Virus record (IMG/VR): IMGVR_UViG_3300034374_012765
Source of the DNA: an uncultured virus (IMG/VR IMGVR_UViG_3300034374_012765)
Taxonomy: Duplodnaviria; Heunggongvirae; Uroviricota; Caudoviricetes
Strand: one strand, 5' to 3'
DNA length: 60,629 bases
Position 1 is the first letter of the stretch. Each line of letters opens with the position of its first letter. Below are positions 1 through 9,100 of the stretch, one piece after another. The notes below the pieces were generated by a model. That model was given only the letters and a program-made list of their open reading frames with translations. It was not told the DNA's origin and made no database searches. The translations under genes and the position numbers were made by a program.

Positions 1-1819
1 AAGCAAGTATAATATTTCTAGAAGAATCTCTTAGACTAACAGCTCTCTTTGCTAATAGGGACTTAGTTTTATTAACCTTTGAAATCCCCCGGGTATCAGT
101 ATTGTCCCCATCAGGATCTGGTGGTTTATTGGTGATATAGAACTTTCTGTTTGTAAACTGAAGTATCTGGTTAGATATGGACTCATCCACTTTAAAAGCT
201 AATTCACCCTTAGAAGGTTTTGCTATATTGGCATCAGCAATAGAAGGGGCATATACCTTCTTATCCATATTATTTATGAATACCATATTGTAGGTACCAG
301 AGGAGCTAAGATCTATCTCCTGTGTTGTACCATCTGGTCCCTTTCTAAAGAATGAAAACTTATAATAGTTATCAAAAGGACTGACCCTAATATATGCCTT
401 CCCTATCCCGTAAGAAATAGAAGGGGCACTCGAATTGCTTCTCTCCGTAATATTAGTTCCATTAACATCTAGATTAGTCAATGATGTATTCACCAAATTT
501 CTATCAACGAATACATTAGCAAACTTGGTAATTTCTCTAGGTGACATTTGATTAAAAGGAACGGATATATCTGTTTTTCCGGCTAGTTTATTGTATATCT
601 TTTGCTGTTGCGGCAAAACTGAAAGTTGAAGCGGGGTAATTGTAGAACCATACTTACCCGGATCTGTCGATGTATATGTAGCTACCCTCATAATTCTGGT
701 CTGATCCTTGCTATTTATAAGGGTCATAGTATATCTCAATGAGAAGCTTGTAGCCACATTGGAATATCTAACTATTGGTCTAAAAAGATTCGGAACGTCA
801 TATGCAGATGTCTGGATGCTTGTAAAGTTAGAGGTTTCCAGCCAAGCAGCACCAACCTGCTCAAGAACCTCTATCCTATTTTCTATGTAATAGCTATTGC
901 CTATTGAATTCTGAAACAGTATAAAATCCTCAATAAACCCGCCATCATCCGTACCAAAATATTCAAAGAAATCTCCGGTATCAGCTGGGGAGATATAGGC
1001 ACCTATGTTATTGAACGGATCAGTGGGTTCCAGAGATAATGCTGCCAAAAGCTGAGTCCCGTATGTTTCATATCCGCTAACTACGGAGGTATCTGTGATC
1101 GAATATGCATTTACCCTTAGAGGTTGGGCAGCTAAAAATCCTCTTCCGCTCTTAGAGGTTTTAGCAGCAAGCGTGAGAGGCTTGTTTGATGGACTAGCTG
1201 CGTTATACTTATTGATCATATCTGAGAGAGAAGGTATCTTCACCTCAAAATACTTATCATATATGTTAGCCCCTATGGTTAAAGGATTAGGGTTTAGTGT
1301 GTATTGCTGTGAATTACCCTTCGAAAGCTTTATCTGGGAAAAAGTCACATAAGAACCATCAACATCCGGGTACTTGACATTAAGGATTAGTCCGTCCAGA
1401 TTGTCCAGGTTATATCCGGCGAGTATATGATATCTCACGGAGTCATAAACAACATTAAGATTTGATGAGAACGATATAGGTAGGTTTGCCGTATCAGTCA
1501 GCTCAGATTTAAAATCATTGTAAGGTACTATCAGGTTCGGATTAAGGGTTACGAAGGTGGTAAGATTGGTCTGTACAACGCTATTATTAGAGGTATTCTG
1601 TGTTATTGATGCATTTTCATCCAGATTAAAAATCTGAACATCATTAGAAACCTGTCCATCGGAGTCCTTGAGAATCCCATTCACAAGTCTATTATAACCC
1701 ACTGTAGGACTACCGACATTGACAAAGTAATCCTCAGGATTTGGAGGACTTGCATACATATACTCCATAACCAGATATGGAGAGAGTTGTACGTATTTAG
1801 ATGTCGTTGTAAAAGCCAT
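1..1819 (-). CDS. Large putative virion structural protein, 3' end outside window
   Basis: Absent from the ORF track, presumably because it has no stop in the window. ATG at 1819 gives MAFTTTSKYVQLSPYLVMEYMY..., and the same frame reads ...VSLRDSSRNIILA at the window edge. I translated the two ends, not every codon. Confidence 0.8.
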   Translation of the reverse strand, partial: MAFTTTSKYVQLSPYLVMEYMYASPPNPEDYFVNVGSPTVGYNRLVNGILKDSDGQVSNDVQIFNLDENASITQNTSNNSVVQTNLTTFVTLNPNLIVPYNDFKSELTDTANLPISFSSNLNVVYDSVRYHILAGYNLDNLDGLILNVKYPDVDGSYVTFSQIKLSKGNSQQYTLNPNPLTIGANIYDKYFEVKIPSLSDMINKYNAASPSNKPLTLAAKTSKSGRGFLAAQPLRVNAYSITDTSVVSGYETYGTQLLAALSLEPTDPFNNIGAYISPADTGDFFEYFGTDDGGFIEDFILFQNSIGNSYYIENRIEVLEQVGAAWLETSNFTSIQTSAYDVPNLFRPIVRYSNVATSFSLRYTMTLINSKDQTRIMRVATYTSTDPGKYGSTITPLQLSVLPQQQKIYNKLAGKTDISVPFNQMSPREITKFANVFVDRNLVNTSLTNLDVNGTNITERSNSSAPSISYGIGKAYIRVSPFDNYYKFSFFRKGPDGTTQEIDLSSSGTYNMVFINNMDKKVYAPSIADANIAKPSKGELAFKVDESISNQILQFTNRKFYITNKPPDPDGDNTDTRGISKVNKTKSLLAKRAVSLRDSSRNIILA

Positions 1820-1831
1820 TCTATCTATTTA

Positions 1832-2623
1832 TTATTTTCCAAATTGGAGCCATTTGGGAGAATAACTTAGTCCAATTCCTACGAAAGGTCCAACCGTATA
1901 TCCACCGTTATTTAAGCCAATCCCGTAACCCGCTGATATTCCAACACCAAAAGGTTTCCTTGCAGATTTTAAAGCCCTCCTGGTCTCAGGATCGTCTATC
2001 ATGTTAAGAGCTTGTAATTCTCTGAACTTTATACCTGGAAAATCAGTAGAGGCCCTTATGTATAATAAGCCATCAGAGGGATTACTATATAAACCAGTAA
2101 CAAGATCTATTCTCTGACTTATGTCAAGGGAGACCTTACCTGGAAAAATTGTGCTATCAGTATCAAATCTATATGGAATAGTCCCACCTATCAAGAGACG
2201 GTTTGTACCAGGTAAATCCGGATTATACTCAAATTCTATATAAGAAGAATCTCCTCTGTTGTGGTTTGTAGAAGCAACCAGTATTGTGGTATCTCTATAG
2301 ACTATCTCAGTTCTAATTATTACACCGGGTTTCTTTTTCCTTTCTAATTCCAATCTCCCCACCAAATTCTCTTGCTCAAGTGAAAGCTCTTTATACTTCA
2401 GCTGGAAGGCAGCTCTCTCAGCCACTACTGAGTTTAATCTGGATTCCAAGTGTTTAACAGAATCCTGCTCAGCAAGAAAGTTACCTAAATTGCGGTTAGC
2501 CTCTTTCTTTGCATTCTCTGCAATTCCACATTGTCTAAACAGTAGAAATATCAGCACAATTGATAGTGCAATCGGGAAAACCCTACCACTCAGAAAAGAT
2601 ATTATGTCATTATAAAGTTTCAT
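1832..2623 (-). CDS. Membrane-anchored coiled-coil protein, spanin-like
   Basis: N-terminal hydrophobic helix (VFPIALSIVLIFLLF) then RQC, a coiled coil, and a C-terminal Gly/aromatic beta-hairpin (FGVGISAGYG...FVGIGLSYSPKW). Confidence 0.5.
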   Translation of the reverse strand: MKLYNDIISFLSGRVFPIALSIVLIFLLFRQCGIAENAKKEANRNLGNFLAEQDSVKHLESRLNSVVAERAAFQLKYKELSLEQENLVGRLELERKKKPGVIIRTEIVYRDTTILVASTNHNRGDSSYIEFEYNPDLPGTNRLLIGGTIPYRFDTDSTIFPGKVSLDISQRIDLVTGLYSNPSDGLLYIRASTDFPGIKFRELQALNMIDDPETRRALKSARKPFGVGISAGYGIGLNNGGYTVGPFVGIGLSYSPKWLQFGK

Positions 2624-2855
2624 ACGTCATCTCAAATGGATTTAAATTCCCATCCCCATATTTTTTATTTAGTGACTCAATAAAATCTTTTTCAGACTCT
2701 CTCAGATCTTCCAATTCTCTAACTAGCGTTCCGGCTTTTAAGTTTAGTTCATCCATTCTTTCCCGGACTACATCTATCTCCGTTCTAACCCTCGAAAATT
2801 CAGATTTAATCGACTGTGCCTTTTTAAGCTCCACTTTAGTTAATTTTTTTATCAT
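2610..2855 (-). CDS. Small coiled-coil protein, possible tail-fibre chaperone (start revised to MIKKLT)
   Basis: 81 aa coiled coil ending LNKKYGDGNLNP. Lies directly after the fibre genes. The revised start avoids overlap with the upstream gene. Confidence 0.55.
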   Translation of the reverse strand: MIKKLTKVELKKAQSIKSEFSRVRTEIDVVRERMDELNLKAGTLVRELEDLRESEKDFIESLNKKYGDGNLNPFEMTYETL

Positions 2856-2862
2856 ATTTATC
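2855..2862 (-). promoter_or_regulatory. Putative late promoter GATAAATA
   Basis: Recurrent GATAWATA motif; abuts the ATG. Confidence 0.45.
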
Positions 2863-2886
2863 CAAAATTTAAAAACATTCGACAAT

Positions 2887-4575
2887 TTAAATAGCCACTC
2901 CACCGCCGCCGCCAGGAACAAATATCTCAGCACCACTAATCTGAAGCCATCCGGCAGCGACATTCTCGGAATCAGCCCAAGCTTCGTAAAAACAAGAATT
3001 ATTTCCTGATATGAAAGTCAATCTTATCCTTTTACAGCCTTTCTTCAGCGGATTAATTCCATCAGCGTAGTTGTCCGGGATTGAAATATAAGCCTTATTC
3101 AGAGTTCCTGCTGATATTGCCCTTATACCACCAAATGATCTATTGGCATCATTTACCAGATATTCAATGGTCCTGTATTTTCCAGTCGTGTAATTAATCC
3201 AGGAGTAGCTGCTACCTATACTGAGGTAAAACCTACCTTTCCTCCCATCCGCAAATATCAAAGAAGGAGAAGTGGCTATTGCTGCTGGTTCTATGACTAC
3301 CACATCTTCATTAGCAGCCACCGAAACATAATGGTAAGACTGACCGGAAAGGGTAAATGTCTGAGTGAAGGGGCTCGTAACAAGCTGGGTATATCTAGTT
3401 AGGGTTCCACCAGTAATACCAGAAGCTCCAGTTCGGGATCCAATCTGAAAAGCGTCTCCCATGGATCTTACCATGAAAGACTGCTCCCTGCTATGGCCAA
3501 CCTGCGGAATGGTACCATCACCGCCTACTGCTATACCTCTACCTCCAGTGGTCCCAGCAAGGTAAGCTTGCGTCAAGTCAGCAACAGCATTATATGGGGT
3601 TCCTGATAAATTAACACTTATACCCTTACTGTGGTTGGTATTGTATCCTCTAAAGGCTTGATAGATTGAGCCGTAAAAAGGTATCAGATTTCTGTTACTA
3701 AAAGCAATATCAGGAGTAAGTCCGGAGTTTCCGCTAAAGCTCAGAGAAAACTCTGCAGAATTTGTTCTTAGATTTGACGATTCAATGTTTACATTTCCTG
3801 AGAATGCATAGAGCTGTAAGTTAGTTCCAGTAGCACCAAGTTCAATAGAGCCAGAAGATTTTACATTTAGCAAATTGTTGCTCTGGGCGGTCACATTAGA
3901 CCCAGTTGATCCAATGGACACCGAGCTACCTGCATATCTACTAAGATTCGGATTCTTCCATACCAGGGAATAGTCAGAACTAGACGATGACGCCCAGTAA
4001 AAACCCGCTATATTACTTCTATCAGCAAATGGCTTATCCATACCGAAGATTGGGGATGAAGAATTAGCAGTAGAAATAAGAAGTTTAGCAAAATTAGGAT
4101 TAATATCCCCGGTGGTACCCTCCGAATCGGAAATAACCATGTATTTGTCTCCCGGAGATGAATTTATGACTACCGCATTATCTTCCACAGATCCAGCGGG
4201 ACCAGATATTTCAGTCAAGGTACCAAAAATACCCGTGGTTTGTATAGTTTCTCCGGTGTAAACCCAATCAGTTGTATATTGGTAAACCTTCTGTCCTCCC
4301 GTAATTCCCAGGTTTATCCAGATATCACCAGCCTGTGATATGACAGCAGATGGTTGATCTGGCGAGAAGTACCAATTTGCTGCTCTATCCCCGGTAGAAC
4401 CTTGGGATCCATCTTCACCGGCTTGACCTATAATACCAGTAGCACCTATGGCTCCATCTGGTCCCATTTCACCTACTCCATTGAAATAAACTTGATTGAA
4501 ATTCTGGTTTAGCTTGGACAACAAAACGTCTTTAGAATCTCCAGGTAAGATATATTTCGTATTAAATTGAGACAT
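2887..4575 (-). CDS. Collagen-motif tail fibre protein
   Basis: Short G-X-Y run (GEMGPDGAIGATGIIGQAGEDGSQGSTG), GDIWIN motif, Ser/Gly/Thr-rich beta body; paralogue of 4594-6117. Confidence 0.7.
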   Translation of the reverse strand: MSQFNTKYILPGDSKDVLLSKLNQNFNQVYFNGVGEMGPDGAIGATGIIGQAGEDGSQGSTGDRAANWYFSPDQPSAVISQAGDIWINLGITGGQKVYQYTTDWVYTGETIQTTGIFGTLTEISGPAGSVEDNAVVINSSPGDKYMVISDSEGTTGDINPNFAKLLISTANSSSPIFGMDKPFADRSNIAGFYWASSSSSDYSLVWKNPNLSRYAGSSVSIGSTGSNVTAQSNNLLNVKSSGSIELGATGTNLQLYAFSGNVNIESSNLRTNSAEFSLSFSGNSGLTPDIAFSNRNLIPFYGSIYQAFRGYNTNHSKGISVNLSGTPYNAVADLTQAYLAGTTGGRGIAVGGDGTIPQVGHSREQSFMVRSMGDAFQIGSRTGASGITGGTLTRYTQLVTSPFTQTFTLSGQSYHYVSVAANEDVVVIEPAAIATSPSLIFADGRKGRFYLSIGSSYSWINYTTGKYRTIEYLVNDANRSFGGIRAISAGTLNKAYISIPDNYADGINPLKKGCKRIRLTFISGNNSCFYEAWADSENVAAGWLQISGAEIFVPGGGGGVAI

Positions 4576-4593
4576 CAGATTTCTTTTTAGGTA

Positions 4594-6117
4594 TTATGTT
4601 ACAGAGATAATTCCAGCGTCCCCCTGGTCGTTATTATAGAATATGGACAGATCAGAAGAAGTGGTACCTCTATAAAGAACCAGATCAACATAGACCGCTC
4701 CTGAGCTGAAAGCCACGCTATCAAAATTAATACCACTTGCCCCTGGGTTTTGCCCTGACACAGACCCAGATTTAACTACATAAAGGCCGTTTATTTTCTG
4801 AGCACCTGTACCTGGATATACAATTCTAAGCTGCATGGCTGTATCGGGATTAAGATAATCACCCCAAGAGTCAGTGAGTCCGGCGGCATTAAAAACCAGA
4901 TATGCAACAGACCCAGTACCAGGGTTGAGGTCAACCTGCAAGAAGTTACCATTGTTTGCTCTGGTATAACCTATGAGCCACTGGTTATTTGTTCCTCCTC
5001 CTCCGGCACTACCATAAGCATTACCAGAATTTCCAGTAAATGTGGATGTTCCCTGTATCATTTTACTCCCCTCTATTCTTCCATCCGCTCTTACTCCGAA
5101 GTATCTTGTTCCTGAAACCTTAAGATCCAATAAGTAAGAGGTGGTAGAAGTGGTATAGACATCAACAAATAAGCCACCGCCAACGGTGCCCGTGCTGGTG
5201 TTAATTATCTCCATAACATAATTATTAGAAGGTGCATTAACCGTTACTGGACAATTAGTTACAAGATTACCAAGTCCTATGTAGAGGTTACTGGAATTAA
5301 CAGTAAACACGCTCGCCTCACCGAAGATACTACCATTAGTGGATTGAAACTTCATAATCGATCCCGAAGTGAAAGTTGTGGAACCAGCGGACGTGATGTT
5401 TAGATCTCCATTGGTACTCAAGAGATCCAGGGATCCTCCTGACTGGAGGGTAAGGGAATCTTGAGGAACCGTGAATAATAAATCATATGTTGTTCCTACT
5501 GGTGTTAACCATCTAAATTGCGGATGTCGATTATAATCTGCTGGGGTTCCGATACCGGATGCATTGGTTTTAGCAAATTCAACCAGAGGATAATCATTAG
5601 CACCGTTTGTCGAAATAAGAAGCTTAGAATAAGTAGGATTTGCAGTGGTAGTTGTGGATATGGAATCGCTCAGAACCATCGTAGTTTTATCGGGGAATGG
5701 CGTACTAAAAACTATCGCATCTTTATTTCCAGTTGGTCCTGATATACCCTCTACTAGCTTAAATGATTCCTGAGCCTTTAGGGTTTCCCCCGTATCAACC
5801 CAGCCAGAACTACTATATTGGAAAATCTTATTATCCTGTAGAGGATCCGCCCAATAGTCGCCGACAATTATAGGGTCTGATACTCCACCAAGAGGCTCAG
5901 TACTTTGAATAAACCATTTCGTTCCCCTAGTTCCTTGTTGCCCAGGATCTCCCTTAGGACCAGCAGCACCCACAGGACCCTGAGGACCAGTTTTACCTCT
6001 GATACCTTGAGGTCCACCTCCATTGGAGACTATGGAATCGAAGTTGTTATTAACCTTCCTAATTATATCTTCCTGTGAATCTCCCTGGTTAAGGTTCGAT
6101 ATATTCAAATTCGGCAT
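4594..6117 (-). CDS. Collagen-motif tail fibre protein
   Basis: G-X-Y run GPQGIRGKTGPQGPVGAAGPKGDPGQQGTRG; N-terminal KVNNNF anchor motif. Confidence 0.7.
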   Translation of the reverse strand: MPNLNISNLNQGDSQEDIIRKVNNNFDSIVSNGGGPQGIRGKTGPQGPVGAAGPKGDPGQQGTRGTKWFIQSTEPLGGVSDPIIVGDYWADPLQDNKIFQYSSSGWVDTGETLKAQESFKLVEGISGPTGNKDAIVFSTPFPDKTTMVLSDSISTTTTANPTYSKLLISTNGANDYPLVEFAKTNASGIGTPADYNRHPQFRWLTPVGTTYDLLFTVPQDSLTLQSGGSLDLLSTNGDLNITSAGSTTFTSGSIMKFQSTNGSIFGEASVFTVNSSNLYIGLGNLVTNCPVTVNAPSNNYVMEIINTSTGTVGGGLFVDVYTTSTTSYLLDLKVSGTRYFGVRADGRIEGSKMIQGTSTFTGNSGNAYGSAGGGGTNNQWLIGYTRANNGNFLQVDLNPGTGSVAYLVFNAAGLTDSWGDYLNPDTAMQLRIVYPGTGAQKINGLYVVKSGSVSGQNPGASGINFDSVAFSSGAVYVDLVLYRGTTSSDLSIFYNNDQGDAGIISVT

Positions 6118-6137
6118 GTTGAAATCTTATCTTTGTT

Positions 6138-6146
6138 TATATATTC
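6138..6146 (-). promoter_or_regulatory. Putative late promoter variant GAATATATA
   Basis: Intergenic, 20 nt upstream of the fibre gene. Confidence 0.5.
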
Positions 6147-6161
6147 CAAATTTAACTGTCA

Positions 6162-9100
6162 TCAAATTTTCTCAATCTGGAATGTAAATGTTGTTGAATA
6201 ATTGCTGCCAGCCTCCAGGGGTAACTCAAATGTGTACGAGAGCGAATTCCTCCTGGTTAAACGGTAATTATCGTTTAGATAATAGCGATACCTTACCCTA
6301 TCCGGATTTATCAAATCACCCCTTAATAGTATCTCAGTGGAGGATAAATCAGTACCTGTTTTTTTAACATACATATCGAATGTTATCCCCTGATATATCG
6401 GGGCTATATTGTTATCGATGTAAGCATTAATATCATCCTCGATACTGTTAGGATCACCCACGCCATACTCGGAAATGATATTATCAACGAAAACTTTATC
6501 TATACCCGCATTGAGCAAATACCTTCTGAGTATTCTATCCAATCTAATAGATCCCACGAGCTTATTATTAAGATCATCCTTCTGCCAGAAAACCTCAACA
6601 TCCGGGTATATTCCTTCATCCACAGATTGTAAATCCACACTACTAAAAGCAGTTCCCAACTGACCTACGCCTTTATTGGAATTGGAAGGACCGATATTCT
6701 GTATCTGGGAAACCGAAGCTCTGGCATTATCATTTATGAGTTGTATATCAGTAGATCCCGAGATCCTAGATATTTCCAAAGTAATGAAGGTGTAAGATGT
6801 TATTAAGTAAGGGGTCTGCATCATTTTCGATCCAAGGAAAGATTTATTTTCCCTCATAGATCTGGTGCCAGCAACTGGTGTCTGAGTTGTGGAATTGGAA
6901 TAAAGGTTATAATATCCAGGGTCCCAAGAGGACAGAAATATGGAGAAGTTTTTCCTATCTATGGGGGTTTGTCCAATTAGGGGATAAACAGGACCGCTAG
7001 GGAGTTCTTCAGATGCACTCAGAATGTTACTTCCTCTATCTACCTTGCTATAATTAAGATTCTTTAATAGTCCGAAATCTTTTTTCTCTGGGGCAAATGT
7101 GCAGTTTCTATAAGATAGATCAGCAGCTGTATATCCGGTAACCGTATCACCCTTGTCTCCCTTATACCTGATCACTTTATCAAATAGCGGCTCATAGGAG
7201 CCAGCATATCTTAATATATCGGATGCATATGATCGGCCTCCGTCAGATATACGATATCCAGTTGGTTCAGTTTGTCCTAAAGTTTGTGGACCTGCATAGG
7301 ACTTTATCGGGGCAAGCCCGGAGTTCCTTAAAAAAGAAGTGGGCTTTTCGAGACGCATAAGAAAGTTATTGGATCTTGACTTTGTTGATAATGTATCCTC
7401 GTCCCAGTAGTATGTTGTGTATGAGATGTATTGACTTTCAGAATTTACTCTCTCCGATATTTGGGAAAGGGAGATTCTTCTCATTATATAAGCCATATTA
7501 TTGACCCCCCCACCAATCTGGAAAACTGGGTTGCCTCGATAAGTACTTTGAGAACCAATCGGAACCGTAGCAGGACTGCTAAAAGCAAAAGGGATATCAA
7601 ATTCATAATTGGTGCCTATAGGACCAAAAGACACAAGATTTTTAGATCTCCCTATCGGCCAAGGATACTTACTGGAAATAGCTGGAACGTCGAAACTTCC
7701 AGGGCCGGTTAAACCAAGAGATCCAGTTCCTCCCACAGGGTAGATAAGGTTTATCTCCTCTCTTAGATCGGTATCGTAAGATTGATTTGGTATTATGTAG
7801 ATAAACCCGGGATTTGTCGTTTCCGTCACGGAGCTCGGAGATACCACGGAGAGATCCAAGGCTGAACTTAGTTTTACATCACTTAGTCCATAAAGTTGAA
7901 GCCCGCCGGCGACTCCTGCGGTTACGCCTATCTGCAAATCCTTCTTTTTATCAACCATACTGTATAATAATGTATAGTCAACAAAAGCACCAGTAGGTCC
8001 GGGATCATTTAAATTAAATGCTCTATAGTCATTTACGACAATATTGCATATAAAGAGTATCGACTTCTGCTGGGTATTTTCTATGAATTCATAACTGACC
8101 GGAGACTGTATAGTATCAGGCGTCTCGTCGACTACTCTCAGGACTGCAGAAAATTTATAATCCTCAAAACCCCTGTAATTGGAGATAAATTTCTCAGAAT
8201 CAGTAGTTGGATTAGCTACATTACTCTTCCTTTTTAAAGACATCTTTACCCCTCTAAACACAGTATCGTAATATCCTGTGGCCTGATTATAGAAAAAAGG
8301 TGTGAAAAGCTCCTTTGTGAAGTTATCTCCAGAATTGTAGGGTGATGGATAATCAAGACTATCCACAGTGAAGAAAGACGAGAAATAAAGATAATCGCTT
8401 GGGTCCGCACTCTGAATTAAATCCAGATCGACAGCACCAGGTAGATAATTCCTCTGGTCATTTATTTTATCTACGGGATACCCAGGAGGTATACCTTCAA
8501 GTAGCATCCATTCGTGGGTAAGATACTTAGGATCCGGGATTTCCCTCTCGAAACTCGGAGAAAAATTAGTGGGGCTAAAAGCTGGAGATACGTTCAATCT
8601 GTAAGAATTTCCTCTAGCGTCGGTTCCACCAAAATACCCCCATTTATTGATATACGGGACTATTTTAGATCTATTAGCCCTCCTCTGCGTGTAATTCTCT
8701 CTCAGGTATTCATACTCACTCTCTAGTTTTCCATATTCAAATAGAGCGCCCTTATTTTCATCAGATGGAACTTGTTCATCCGAATCTATAGATTGAATAC
8801 CATAAAATCCATCAAAAGCATCTAGATTTTCCTCAAATTTAATGGAGCCAACATCATAAATAGTACTAGGATTATCCCAGAAGACCTGGGTAAAAATGGC
8901 AGGAACTACAACCGAAGGAGTCCCGTCTATAGCTATCCCCTCGTCGTAAAAGATACTAACAGATGAACCTATAAAAGCAGATCCTGAGCCTAAAACCCTT
9001 TCGGACGGCAGTCCCCGATCAACCCTAACAGATCCTTTCATCACCAAATATTTGGCATTCTCCACTATCTGTCCGGAGACTCCCGGAATAAGGTCAAAAT

